Assembly (NCBI RefSeq): GCF_006345805.1
Contig: NC_043010.1
Location: 42,842,001-42,906,000 of the forward strand
Source of the DNA: Octopus sinensis
Lineage: Eukaryota
Length of the DNA: 64,000 nt
Reading direction: 5' to 3'
The first letter of the stretch is position 1, and each line of letters starts with the position of its first letter. Below the pieces are notes generated by a model. That model worked only from the letters and a program-made list of their open reading frames with translations. It did no database searches and was not told where the DNA came from. Below are positions 23,576 through 37,109 of this stretch, one piece after another. Position numbers and translations under genes: made by a program.

Positions 23576-26199
23576 AGCACAGATGAGGTAGCACTTCAAC
23601 AATTTTTAAGAGTGTACTGTGTAACACCAAATCTGAATACACCAGTAGGTAGCTCACCAGCAGAGCTGATGTGTGCAGGGAAAGTAAAGTCAGTTTTTGA
23701 TAAATTGCTACCTGGCAAGAAAAGAAAAAGTGCCAGGGAAGACACAGCAAGATTTTTTTAAGGTTGTTGATAAGGTGTATATGAGGACATACAAAAGTGG
23801 AAAGCAGAACTGGGAAAGGGGCAAAATTACCAAACACATTGGTAAAATGATATATTGGGTAAAAAGTAGAAAAGGCATACAAAAGAGACACAGGAACCAA
23901 CTGGAAAAGAGATTCATGTAAAGTTAACCAAAGAAGTGGAAGGAACCTATGGAATGGTTGTATGGATATGTTCCAAGTACCAATGCCTCTGCAGGTGATT
24001 GAACCCAGGCACACAAGTGGGAGGAAGAGAAAACAGAGTTCCTGAAAATAGATGCCAAAAGAAAAAAAAAATATTAAAAAAAACTCAAAAAAGGGAGAGG
24101 GGGTGAATAAAAATATTCCTAGATAAAATGACACTTCCTAAGTAAAACTTAAAAGAAATATAGGGAATTAGTAATAATGGTACACCCCTCCCATATGACA
24201 AGTGGAATGAGGCAGTTACTATAAGTGAGGTGACGTCAGCTGGTATCGAGAGAGTACATAGAGTACGAGAAAGCTGTGTTGATAGTCGTGTCTGTACTGA
24301 TCTAGTAATTATACTGTGATATTGAGTGGGCATTATAACGATCCAATTTTTTGAGGATAATAACACTATATGACTGGGGATCGTACAGTGCCAGATAGAA
24401 ACATCCTATCGATGAGTCTGGAATATAACAATATCTGTCAGAGTGACAACTGTCGTACAAAGACAGATACAACAGTGGCAAAAGACTGCTTTATAATGCC
24501 TTTGTTCTTTGGAGCTGGCGGGTCTCATACCTCCATCACTCAGGCACTCTTGCTCTTCTTTGCCTCTACAGCCTCTCTCTTCAGCCCTGCTTGAGCCATG
24601 CCCAGTTCTTCATTGGAGCATCTTCTCCCTGATCATGTCTTTCCTGCAGGTGTTGAACTGCAACTATTTAAATGAAATGTTAGCAACGTGAAGCTTGCCA
24701 ACTTCATGGTACTATCACTTCCTTCAGACTTTACAAGTAAATAAAAAAAAATGTAATTGTTAGAATTATCAAGCATGATAATCAATTAGAGACTAATGAA
24801 TTATCTTTTTTTTTAGTATATAGACTAATAAAGAGGAGAGGGTGTCACCAGTGCCTTGTTTACTAGCAAGAATTGTAGATGTGAAACCATCAAAGTATAA
24901 GAAACAATTAGGTGTGTCCATTTCTATGGGACAATTGTCCTGTTATTGAAAAGCCATTTAAGTCATTGAAAAATGTGTTAACAGTTGAAAATAGTAACCT
25001 TGTGTAATGGAAAATTATTTATTTCACCAACTTGTTGGAAAACATTAATTACAAAAGCTTTATATGACAATACCCATCGAGACTCAATGGCAACAAGAGA
25101 TCCATTGAAATTAAGTGTGATGACTAATTTACTTTGAAGATGTATAACAACATGTAATAAAATCTCTGACATCATCATCATCTTTTGACATTCATCTTCC
25201 ATGTTGCAATGGACAACTTTACAAGATTTGACAAGTCCAAAGATTGCATCATGTTCCAATATCTGCTTTGGCATGGTTTCTAGGGCTGGATGCCCTGCCT
25301 AACACCAACCATGTTACAGAGTGTACTGGGTACTTTGTTCTTCACACCAGCATTAGTGAGGTTGTCATGCAGCTTGCAAGGTTAAGATCCCAATCAGTTG
25401 AGTGGATTACAGTAGAGAGGAAGCTGACTCTGTGCTAGATTAAAGGTTAAATATGAGAGAAGAGGCCAGAACAGAACAAGTTTCTTACTGCAGGGGAGCT
25501 ACATGACTATTCACATTATAGAAGAGAGGGTGGGAGTAACTGGAGTAGACCTCAAGATATGAGGTGAATAGTAGTGAGTGAGGACAGTAACACAAGGAGT
25601 GTGGGTGTTTAGAAATTGCAATAGTGTATGGAGAGACTGGGGGAGTGAATACAGTGAACGAAGAACAAGTGTCGAGGGATGATAAATGTATGTTGGAAGG
25701 AAGAATAGGTGATGACTTTAGAGATTAGTGAGGTTGAATCAATGATATAATGAATGGCAGACAAGAGATGGAGATGTGAATTGTGTGTGGTAGGGGAGAG
25801 TAGGTGATGACTAAAAGGGGTGATGAGCAGCAGAGTAGTAATAATATGATAGACAGAAGGATGAGGGAGAGAGATGACAAAGTTGGGTAGGTTGCAAGAG
25901 TATGAGGGGAAATGCAGATGTAGTGCATCAAGGATGTGAGCAATGTATGTTGGTGGGGAAGGAGAGATAATCTGGTGGTTCAGAAGGGTGATCAGTGTAA
26001 AATGTGGGTGGAGAGGGACTATTAAGAATGAAGGATGGCTATCAAGTGAAATGATACTTGGTTGTGAGAAAGATAGTATCGGAAAAAGTTGGAATATGCA
26101 GTTAGGAAAGTGATAGCGGGGTCAGTGATAGGGATGATGGGTGGTGGGGATGACTTAAGGAGGGAATTGGTTAAGAATTGTTGTGCATATATATTTTGT

Positions 26200-27245
26200 G
26201 CTTCCAGAATCTCAGCTTTGCCAATGTGGGCAGGTCATTTCAAGTACTGCATATCATCAGTCACCCCAGTCCTTTGTCATCTCTTTTGTAAAGTTCTGTG
26301 TCCTGAGATCTGATTTCTTTACTTTGTCCTGTGTCTTCCTGTGTCTCTCTCTTCCACAAGCTCCCTCCACATTAAGTAATGGCACTTCTTTATACAGCCA
26401 TCTTCATCCATACACATCACATGTCCATGATATTGCCATCTTCTTTCTTACATACTACATTTGATTTCACTGATGCCCAAGTTTTCCCTCAAGATTTCTA
26501 TTTTGTCATTCTTGCACACTTACATCTCACATATAATAGAGCATTCTAGTTTCATTTGTTTCTAGTCCTCTCAACTCTTCTGCATTCAAGCCCCCATGTC
26601 TTTATGTAGCATTGCAGTTCTAACACAAGCATCATACAATCTGTCCTTCATTCTGAAGCAAAAGACCTTTGTTTCTAGTAACAGTAATAGATCCTGAGCT
26701 TTTTCCAACCCATTTTTGCACTGGCTACTATAATTTCAAAGTAATTACCCCCTCTGCTAATTACAAATCCTAAGTAACAGCTTTTTTTATTAATCTACTT
26801 GTGATTCCACTACATCTCTTATGTGTCCATAGCTTGCATTAGATACAGTTTACAGAGTCTATACCTACTCCTTTTCTTTATATTAAGAAAAGTAATTTCT
26901 CTGAAGATACTGTCTTCTTTCCTACTTACTAAAACTCTTAAGTTTACCTTGAGGCCTCTTGATTTTAGGTTTAACTTCTGTGTTTGGAATTTCCTCTCTA
27001 ATTCCACTATGTGAACTAGGTCATTAGCACATAGGAGTTCCTTTATACAACCAGACTTAAACTCCTCTGTAATGGCATGTAGGATAGTGATGAGTAGAAG
27101 ATTAAGGACTGAGCCTTGATGAACACCAGCCTTCATACTAAACATGTCACTGGAATTGTTGTTGACTATCTTTTTCCTTGCTGCATCTTTGTAATTATCT
27201 TGCACATCCCTCACAAACCATTCATCTACACCTAAGCTATTTATC
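26200..27245 (-). mobile_element. Old RTE LINE RT fragment
   Basis: GVHQGSVL...ELLCANDL (YADD relic). Confidence 0.75.
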
Positions 27246-27974
27246 AAGACCATTTGTCTAAACTGAAATTATCCACATACCATACACATTGTCTAAAGAA
27301 AATACAGCTTGGCTACATATACATATGGATTATGATTAAAGCAAAAATTTAGGTCTGTTATTAATACTTGATGTATACTCTGGATTGGCAGAAGTAACTA
27401 GAGTTAAGAGTAAAGAAGCAGAAATAGTCAGGTATTAAGAACTGTTGTTCCAGAAATTTCATCACAATGAATTATGTGCATGTTTAATAAGATAGGATGT
27501 AAACCTGTGAAAAAACCTCCTTATTCAGAATCAAATAAAATTACTAAGAGAACAGTATTACATATCTTTCAAGCAGGTTGATAGAACCTATAATGGGTAT
27601 TCTAATAGGTATTTAAGCTGCATGCTTTTAAAATATTAGACAATCCCCCAGTCTTTAAGATTTCTTTGTTCATCTGCTATGGTGGGCAAATAAATACAAT
27701 CACCAGATACAATGCCTTATAAAAAAATTACTGCTCCTGTTTAGTGATTGCAGTTCTTAAGGTGAAGCTTCAAATAACATTCCATACTGTTGTTAATGAC
27801 TGTGATTTCACAACTGAAATGAGAACAAATATTGCACATGATGTTATGTGCAGTTCTTTGATTTAAAAGAAGAAAAAAAGAATTAAAACAATACATATTT
27901 AGATATGATGTGCATTGTTATGCTAATACAAATATTGTAATGTTATTTGTGTTTTACATGTGACACAAAACTCT

Positions 27975-28415
27975 ACTTGTGAAGACCTTTTGAGGCAAGT
28001 GAAAATCAAGATTGAAATCGATCAACATCAATGGAAATTGTAGCTGTGATACCAGTGCCGGTGGCACGTAAGAGAACCATCCAAACGTGGCCATTGCCAG
28101 TGCCGCCCCGACTGGCCTCCGTGCCGATGGCACGTAAAAAGCACCAGCCGATCGTGGCTGTTGCCAGCCTCGCCTGGCCTCCGTGCCAGTGACATGTAAA
28201 AAGCACCATCTGATCGTGGCCGTTTGTCAGCCTCATCTGGCACGTAAAAAGCACCCACTACACTTACGGAGTGGTTGGTGTTAGGAAGGGCATCCAGCCG
28301 TAGAAACACTGCCAGATCAGACTGGGCCTGGTACAGCCTTCTGGCTTCCCAGATCCCAGTTGAACCGTCTAACCCATGCTAGCATGGAAAGCAGATGCTA
28401 AACGATGATGATGAT
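27975..28415 (+). mobile_element. RTE 3' tail
   Basis: Same tandem units and (GAT)n tail. Confidence 0.85.
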
Positions 28416-29629
28416 GGGAATTAAGATAATTTAAGGTGACCACCAGTTCTTTGTGGAAACCAGAACAGACAGTTAAATAAAGTTCCTAGATTTAAAGGAT
28501 CATGTGCACTTACAACAATACTTAGATAAACTGTGTACAAGTATTGAATGAATTTTATTTAGAGACCATCAGAAATTTGGTTTTGACTATGAACTTTATC
28601 ATAATGTTTTAGTTACAGCTGAAGGTGATTTATGTGAAACTTGAGTCCTGTTTTTGTTTTTATAAACATATATAGATATGCGTTTTTGTGATAACTGGCT
28701 TCCTAGTTATGAGAGAAACTTACTAGTCATCATAAACTTGTTCCTTACTTTTCTGAGCTCACACTACACCGAAATTGATTTTTATCTATCAGTTATCCAA
28801 GATTGATAAAATAAATAGCAGTAATAAAATAAAGTCCATAATCAAATTTTCCCTCTTTCTTCTTACAAAAGGGCCTTCAATGCTGTGTGCAGAAAAAAAT
28901 GTAGTATATTAAAAAAAAAAAATTTCAATAAGTATTTCAACAATTTTTAGTCCCTTATATTTTCAGAAGCTATTTTAAAATGTGGTTTTGTATTCTTGCT
29001 CAGAAGAGACTGTCATGAACATTATCCTACCAGCAATCTTGCACTTGTATTTGTTCAATTACTGTTGCATTTACTAGTGTTCTCTTATTGAATTCTTCAA
29101 AATCACAAGTAATTTGTCACCCACTCTATAGATCTTTGTCAGTGAAACTGATGGCCATTCTTTACCAAAAATTTCTCCCTGTAAATCTATGTTTGGAAGT
29201 GAAACATAAATATTATCTTGAATTCAGTACAGTCTGCAGCTCTAATACTCGTTGGAGACAAAAATAACAAAGCTGTATAGTGACTATTCCATTTAAAAAT
29301 AAAGGAACTTTTTCTTTAAAATAGACTCCTCTACAATAATCATAACAGATTTAACCAAAGTCATTGAAATCTGTTATTCATCTCAGTATATTTATTATTA
29401 TCTCTTATAGTTCCTGCATTGAATCCTTGAGTAGTTCAGCTTAATTATATGTTGTGCTCACTGCGAGTGGTTTAATTATCTTAAATAATCTGGTCTAAAC
29501 TACGTTAAACAGTAACCTAGATTAAACTAAGTCAAACAATCTTTTTTTCTTTTAGTTTTCAGTTATAGATTCTGTCTTAGCTATTTCCTAATATAAAAAC
29601 CATTAATTGTAATCTGGTACTATTGGTTT

Positions 29630-29870
29630 GTGGAGGCATGTGGTTAGGGTGTTGCACTCATAATTGTAAAATTGTTGTTTCAATTCCTGTACCAGGCAAT
29701 GTAGTTTGTTCTTGAGCAGAACACTTCATTTTATGTTACTCAAATCTATTCAGCTGGCAAAAATGAGTAATCCCGTGGTGGACCAACATCCCATCCAGAG
29801 GAGAATATATATGCCTCAGAATCTGGGAAATTGCTCTTATGAGCCTATGGCTTGGGAAGGACCTTTGATC
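29630..29870 (+). mobile_element. Degraded tRNA-derived SINE (third family)
   Basis: A/B-box-like head followed by CTTGAGCAGAACACTT core. Confidence 0.4.
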
Positions 29871-30299
29871 TGTTGGTCATTGGCTATTGTTTCAAATTAT
29901 CTTATGTAACAAGGGCACAAACCAAAGAATATATCTAGTAACCGATACAAAGGGCTACTGTTAGTAATAAAACATTGGTGACATGTCACCAGGAATCTTA
30001 ACTAAGACTGCTTTTTTAGGTCTCCTAACAGACATTAAAACAAGTGTTGAAAAATGGTGTGTTTGCTCTCCATTTCCTCCATCTTTTTGAGATACGAGTC
30101 TTGAAAAGCAGAAAAAACATGTCAACAACCAACAAAGGAGCTTTTACACAGTTGTTTGTTTTATTTGAAATACCAAGCAAATCTTATTGAAATTGCAGCA
30201 CACCACCTTATATAAGTAATGTAGTCTGAGACATGCTCTGCACAAAATGATCAAAATCATTCCAGCTATAAAAGACAGCTGGAATGCCTTTGATCTTAA

Positions 30300-30720
30300 C
30301 CCTTTCTGAGTACAAATGTCTTGCTTTCATAAGTTTTGAATTAAAATCCTCCACCAAACCTTAGTCACAATTTATGTTCCTAACATTAGCTGAATGATAA
30401 CTAAGTTATTTTACTAAATTCTTTGTTATATTTAAAGCTGGCAGAAACGTTAGCGCGCCGGGCGAAATGCATAGCCGTATTTCGTCTGCCGTTACGTTCT
30501 GGGTTCAAATTTCGCCGAGGTCGACTTTGCCTTTCATCCTTTCGGGGTCAATAAATTAAGTACCAGTTATGCACTGGGGTCGGCATAATTGACTTAATCC
30601 CTTTGTCTGTTCTTGTTTGTTCCCTCTGTGTTTAGCCCCTTGTGGGTAGCAAAGAAATATATATTTAAAGTAATTGAAAGATACACAGAGCATCTCAAAA
30701 TAAATGCAATAACGAAAGGG
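30300..30720. mobile_element. piggyBac MITE family A with a nested SINE family B (about 30436-30660, +)
   Basis: TTAA flanks; SINE flanked by TATATTTAAAG duplication. Confidence 0.85.
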
Positions 30721-32317
30721 TTAAGTCTGTTTTATCCAGGTTGATCTGAGGTTAAACAACATGTCATCGACAGCCCCACATCAAAAGTACTGCTAAAATG
30801 ATCACACGGCAACAAATACTAAGTCCTGCCCACCACAACAGAATTGAGATCCTAAAACCAAGGTGCTACATAAAAAGTATTGCTGTGGGTGCTGGTGCCA
30901 TGTAAAAAGCACCCAGCACACTGTAAAGTAATTGGCATTAGGAAGGGCATCCAGCCATAGAAGTTAAACAAAAATAGACTATGGGAATTGGTGCTGCGTC
31001 AGGCCTTGTCAGTTCTTGTCAAGTTGCCCTACCAATGCCAGCATGGAAAATGGACATTAAATATTGTTGTTGTTAATAATGGCTTCTGGTATTTTAATAT
31101 ACAATACATAATGTTTATAACTTAATTAAGGAAAGCTCACCTATCCTTGTCAGAGCTACAGAGTGTTTTGGCTCTGAGCTACTGTTAGCCCTATACAAAC
31201 CCTAAGATTACTTTGCTATTGAATACTGCTTACACTTGTTGGTTCCTGTGGAAATCCCTGTACTACTGGCTTTCAGAATTCAGACTGAGCATCAGCCATA
31301 TCTAATTGTCCATACACTTCTGAACCCAGTATTGAGTCTAAATCATTAAATAAATAAAATGAATAATGAATGGCAGTTATTGACTATGATTTAATGAGGA
31401 TTGCGAGAATTTCTTTAGTATACATTAAAAATATAATTGTGCCAAATTGCCATTCTTACAACAGCTATAACTGAATTTTTATTTCACGTGTACAGTAAAC
31501 ATGGACAATGAAATAACCTCAGGTTAACAATCATTAAGTTTGACATCTAACATGTCACTAATTCTTATTAGTACCTACATTAATACTGATATCAACTTGC
31601 TAAAAATAGAGAGAGTGAAAATACTTGAAAAAATTCAAGGAGTATTCACACCTAGTAGCCTACCTATTCTGTATTGCACTGATATGCTATGCTTATTAAT
31701 ACAATACCTGTGTTCTGCATATTTTTGGTGGTGCATGTTTCTCCTTTGGCGGGGTACCTCTCTTATTGCCAACTAGCAAAACAAAATGGTCCACTTGTTT
31801 ATGGCTGCATTAGTGTTCGATTTTCAGTTCAATAAACTAAAGGGTCTTTCCATCTTATGTTGGTTTTATTTTAAATAGTTGGAATTCCTAAATGTTTTAT
31901 CGTCTATGTAATGAGTTACATTGTCCTCTAGTGAAAATAAAAGACAATGTTGAATGGGTGAGCTAACTGAAGTGATTGACATAGGAAGTACTGTATACCT
32001 ATGGTCAGTGTATGAAAGTGATATAGTGCACTCACACAAAGCAATTACTTATATTCAGTGTGTGTGTGTGTTAATCATATATTCAGTATAATACCAATGC
32101 AATCTGTTTCTTTCAATGTTTCCACAATTCAGAAAGGATATGTAATTTTGTCTGCTTTCACATTCTTAATTGGCTTAATCATGCACATACTGACATCCAC
32201 ACTTGCCTTTATCAGCTTGTTTCTCTGGGATTAGACTGTCTCTATTCCATTGATATTTTTCATTTCAACAAATTATCCTCCCCACATTTCATTACCAGTA
32301 AGAGCATACACTCACCA

Positions 32318-32800
32318 TTCATCATCATCATTGTTCGACCGTGGTCAAGACAATGGAATTTACCATGCTACGCCAGACTTCACGGTCCATCATAGCATTA
32401 CGGAGGTCCTGTTGCTGGATGCATGTATCCCTGGAGATTACATCAGGGTAGGAGAGTGTGTGCATTCTGGTATTGGGAGTAGATATCTTCCAGAGGAGAA
32501 GAGGAGAAATTGCCTTGTTTTCAGCTCTACAACAATGTCCAGCAAACTGGACTCTCCTACGTTTCATAAGAGATGACACAGGTGGTAGTTTCCCATATAT
32601 TTGCATTTTGGTTGGATGACGCTTTCACGAGAGATTTTGAGTTCTCATAAGGAGGCGAGTGTAGGTTCCATCCAACCGCCTCTCAAGCTTCTTTGATAAC
32701 GTCCAGGTTTCTGAGCCATATAGTAGAATTGGTTCGACTGTGGCTTTGAAGATTTCAAGTTTGAAGTCTCTACTTAGATTTGATGACCATTGCAGATACA
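32318..32800 (-). mobile_element. RTE-clade LINE 3' end
   Basis: FKATVEPILLYGSETWTL and RRVQFAGHC; (TGA)n tail. Confidence 0.85.
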
Positions 32801-33034
32801 TCTCTCCAGTATTGTCCTCATTCAGAGGCACATAAGCTTGCAATTTAATGCACATCATGCTTCTCAATTATTTCAGCACAACATGTCTGTTTTATTTTAG
32901 TAATCTCAAGAACTAGCTTCTTACTTAGACTCCAGATATTTTTCCCTTGCTTCTTGTTGCTGTCTCTTGTAAAAATATGCACTCATCTCTAACAGTATTT
33001 TCTGCTTCATTAAACTAAGGTGCTCACCACTTAA

Positions 33035-33258
33035 CCCATTAGCATTTAGCATTTGGGTCATATCTGGCTCAAATATTCTATCTGTTTTATGTTCAAACTG
33101 GCCATGTCTGGCCTCTCACCACTACCCTACAATAATCATTTTAAAAATAAACAATCGCATCATTAAAATCTCAAAGCTACAAGATAATGTATAACTAAAT
33201 GAAAATAACATAAATAAATAAACATTATATTTGACAGACTAATCTGAATGCTAAATGG
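33035..33258. mobile_element. piggyBac MITE family B, intact
   Basis: TTAA|CCCATTAGCATT...AATGCTAAATGG|TTAA. Confidence 0.8.
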
Positions 33259-33454
33259 TTAAGCTATGGAATAGCTTCGTGGTTTATAGTAGGTTGCATT
33301 CTTGGAACATCCAGCTACATTCTAGTTTTCTGTCTTACTTATTTAAATAGATGCAATCTAGTATCATTATGAAAAGTTCCCAAAAGAATATAAACCAATA
33401 CATAAATATTACAATTTTATTTAATTTCCAACATTTATAATTTGTATTATGCTT

Positions 33455-33490
33455 CACTCTTTAATTATATCTGTTATCTTTCTAGGTTAT
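33455..33490 (+). other. Splice acceptor of the ZNF2 coding exon (exon starts 33486)
   Basis: Pyrimidine tract ctgttatctttctag|gtt, 66 nt before the ATG. Confidence 0.65.
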
Positions 33491-33551
33491 CCATTGTTTT
33501 ATTAAACCTTTGATGCACCAAATTTTAAATATTTGCTGATAATTCCTCAAA

Positions 33552-35102
33552 ATGAAGAAGCCTACCTGTGACCTTTGTGGAAAGATGTTCTCTCGCCGAG
33601 ACAACATGGAGAGACATCGCATTCGTCATCTGCGCCGTGAAGTCTTCAAATGTGAAACATGTGGCAGAGATTTTAGTCAGAAATCCTATCTGAAGTTGCA
33701 TCGTCGTCTTCATACAGGAGAAAAACCTTTTGGGTGTAATCTGTGTGGTCGGGCTTTCTCTCGCAATGATCATTTAGTGATCCACATCAGAGGACATCAA
33801 GGAATTAAAATGTTCAACTGCCAAATTTGTCACAAAGCTTTTGCACGTCGGTCTTACTTAACTGTGCACCAACGTATCCACACAAATACTCGTCCATATA
33901 AATGTCATGTATGTGGGTGCGCTTTCTATCGTGGAGACCATCTTGTTCGGCATCAAACTAAGCAGCATGGAGAAATAAAGGCTCTTCCTTCTGTTGAACT
34001 TGTTACAAGCACAACTCAGCAGGTTCATATGCAGACTGAAAACAATAATATGGATTCTGATAGTTTTAACAGCCAATGTGAGACTATTCAACAAGAGCAA
34101 CAACAAACCTCTCTTGTTGACCAAACACAAATACAAGTCGTTACAGTACAAACCACAAGTGATATCGAAGGAGCAGAATTGCAGCAAGCTTTTAAATGTA
34201 CTGACATCGCTTGCAACACCAACAATAATGATGGTATTATTCACAATTCGGGAGACCAGTTAGTAGCAGCTGTTACTAATGGTAACAAGACCACTTACCA
34301 TTCTTGCAGTATTATCCATCCCAACCAAATAATACCAACTCTCCAAAGTGCTACTAATATACAGCCAGGCCAGGAAAACACACAACAGCATCAGATATAT
34401 CAAGCTACTGCTGACTTAAGTGGAACTGGTATGGTTTACAAGTGTGATTACTGTTCAAAATGTTTCTCCCGTCATGAAAACTTGGAGCGTCACAAATCAA
34501 CTCACCTTAATGAGAAACTTTATAGCTGTGACATATGTCAAAAGAGTTTTTCACGCAGGTCTTATCTCAGAGTCCATCATCGCATCCATACAGGTGAGAA
34601 ACCGTTTGTCTGTGACAGGTGTGGTTTTGCTTTCTCACGGAAAGACCACTTATTAAAACACAAGAAAAATAATCAAGGAGAGCGTAAGCTGAGCTGTGTT
34701 CCTCCCAAGCCACTTGTTGATCTGAAGGAAGATATTATCACACCTGACGGAAACTGTCAACAGGTAGCAGTCGTTGTGCCAGCTGATGCATCTGCTGTGA
34801 CTGATGCTGAAGGCAATTTAATTGTTACTCATGCCCCTGGTACAGATCCAGCTGATGTGGCCAGAACTATTGCCATGTATCAACAAGAAGCTACTGTCAA
34901 TCAGACAGACAGCACTGGCACAAACCAAATCTATCCAATGCTGTCAACATTTCCCACAACTATTGAAATCTCACAATCAACAGCTCAAATATTCCCAACT
35001 ATTCAGATGTACCCGGCTGCCACACAGCTCAATGTACCTCTTCATGCAAATGTCTCTCATGAAATTATTATTCCAACTTCGCAGATTACACAGAGCAAAT
35101 AA
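33552..35102 (+). CDS. C2H2 zinc-finger protein, 516 aa: 5 N-terminal + 3 central fingers (last lacks the second His, possibly C2HC), Q/T-rich spacers
   Basis: Intact ORF with TGEKP linkers; in-frame TGA TAA shortly before the ATG; splice acceptor 66 nt upstream. Confidence 0.95.
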   Translation: MKKPTCDLCGKMFSRRDNMERHRIRHLRREVFKCETCGRDFSQKSYLKLHRRLHTGEKPFGCNLCGRAFSRNDHLVIHIRGHQGIKMFNCQICHKAFARRSYLTVHQRIHTNTRPYKCHVCGCAFYRGDHLVRHQTKQHGEIKALPSVELVTSTTQQVHMQTENNNMDSDSFNSQCETIQQEQQQTSLVDQTQIQVVTVQTTSDIEGAELQQAFKCTDIACNTNNNDGIIHNSGDQLVAAVTNGNKTTYHSCSIIHPNQIIPTLQSATNIQPGQENTQQHQIYQATADLSGTGMVYKCDYCSKCFSRHENLERHKSTHLNEKLYSCDICQKSFSRRSYLRVHHRIHTGEKPFVCDRCGFAFSRKDHLLKHKKNNQGERKLSCVPPKPLVDLKEDIITPDGNCQQVAVVVPADASAVTDAEGNLIVTHAPGTDPADVARTIAMYQQEATVNQTDSTGTNQIYPMLSTFPTTIEISQSTAQIFPTIQMYPAATQLNVPLHANVSHEIIIPTSQITQSK

Positions 35103-37103
35103 AATCCTGAAAATATCCTTTTTCAATATCTATGTATCATGTACTTGATTGCATTTTTACTAAAGCACACACACACACACACACACAAACACGAATATTT
35201 ACACACACACACACACAGACACATTATTTTTTGAAACTTGCTTAACTAACAAGTTGTATATACAAGGCTTATTAGCCTTAGTTTCTTCTTCAATATTTTA
35301 GTTGTTTACTATACTGTGACTAATTAGCATTTTTTGAAGAGGTCATTATGTAGAATGTGATCTTGTCTTTGAATACTTTTTACGCAGAGGGACATGGCTA
35401 AATAATTACAAATAGACTGATATTTTCCAAATTTCACACAATTTGCCAGCATACATCACCCCCTGCACACACTTACTGTGTACATAAAAAAAGTGTATAG
35501 TACTTAGTGTATATACAAAGAAGTTTTATGCTCCAAACAACTATTTGCTTTTTAAATAAATTATTAACTTTTATTGAAAATCATAAGAAATTTAACTCAA
35601 AATAAATCTTGAATTTAACAACAGTTTCCTTAGAAAACAGTTACTGAATAATTTTTGATTTAATTTCTCTAATATGGTCAGCCTTCCGTTTAAATACCAA
35701 GTTTTTTTTTGCTGTTTTTCTTAGTTAATAGAGTTGTCTGAAGAGAAATGTAAATCTTTATAAAGATTTACAAATCTTCAAATATATCATCTGAAAGAGA
35801 AAAGTACAAAATGTTGCGAACAGTGTTCTAAAATTGTAACATTAGGTAATCAAAGTCCAAACATATTTATTTTTTCTGTCTTTAAATTTTTCTTCTTTTT
35901 CTGTTACTTTTGTGAGTGTTAATTTTTTCTCCCACTTCTTAGAGAAACTTCTTTTTATCCAGCTAATTCGTTATGTATTTTAATTATTTGGTAAAGATTG
36001 CACTATTTATCTTGTTATAAATCAATCTTTTCACATGGAGAAAACATTTAAGGTAACTTATCACTTGTTTTCAGATAAATCTGCATTGGAAATGGAAAAT
36101 TGAATATTGAAACATTGATTATGTTACTTTGATAAAACATATATCATCATGGTAACACATTCTTTGAATTTGATTCAATTAGCTGTTATGTCTATTTTAA
36201 AAAATTATATAATTATTATAGGCATTTTATATCTTCAGATGGTCAAATGTGTGGAGCAATGTTTTCAATAATTTCTCTGTAGAGAGAAAAAGCTTCCTAT
36301 AACTCTTGAAAAGCTGTTTATGTCGATAGACAAAAACATGCTATGGAAGTGTAACATTAAAAATAATTAAGCATTTCAATAGCTTAATTTTTAGTCAAAA
36401 TATCTTTAAAATAAATGTCTCCAGAATAGGAATGCTTGATTGAAATGCCAGACTGCATAATGTATATCGAGTTACCTCTAAATATTTGTTTAGCTGCCTC
36501 AAGACCACAGATCTGCTTGACACTGTAACTTCAATAATTGAAGTATTTCCTATCTTAAAAGAGAACATCTGACACAGACATTCATATAATATTTATCTCT
36601 CTGCTAAAGGTTTATCTTGTGATAGGAAAAAAAACATCTGATTTTTGTGAATAATTTGCCATTTGAATTCCTTTCAGGAAAATTGTGCTGTTTCAAGAAT
36701 AACAATCTTAATTTATTTCTTATTTTCTGCTATTTCTAATTAATTTTTAAATTTTAATGTGGAAATAGAACTAATTTTCAATACAATATTATCAGCACAA
36801 CGGAGTGTTTAGAAAACAAACAAATGAATTTGAAATGTGTTCTATTTGTTAAGAAATTCTTTCAACAATAGGTAATGAAATGTAAATTTAATTTCATTAT
36901 TACATTCCTGCTGAAAGTGTTATGATTTTTTTTCTAGCACAAGCCAATCTAACTATTTTCTTCCAGCCCTATCTCTTTATTGTATAGTCCAAATTTTAGG
37001 CTACTTAAGTGTTTTCTGTATTATGCTCAACAGATGTCAAATCACAGTGTTATTGACATAAACTGAAATATTCGTTAAGTGCACTTTTATTGTTTGTGCA
37101 GTT

Positions 37104-37109
37104 AATAAA
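37104..37109 (+). terminator. Candidate poly(A) signal ending a ~2-kb TE-free 3' UTR of ZNF2
   Basis: AATAAA followed by T-rich sequence; repeats resume soon after. Confidence 0.4.

Larger units (their letters stand above)
22316..24474 (+). mobile_element. Internally deleted Ty3/Gypsy (Mag-like) LTR element: LTRs about 22316-22626 and 24159-24474, gag and integrase C-terminal relics
   Basis: ~310-bp direct repeats; primer-binding site (PBS) TGGCAACAAGGAT, a CpG-decayed tRNA-Ser(GCU) TGGCGACGAGGAT; gag NSITEF...GVTFEA...SSLFN; purine tract at 24089-24103. Confidence 0.85.

Noticed and set aside
23424-24134. 236-aa minus-strand ORF
   Set aside because: Antisense to A-rich integrase relic and the palindrome; no recognisable domain
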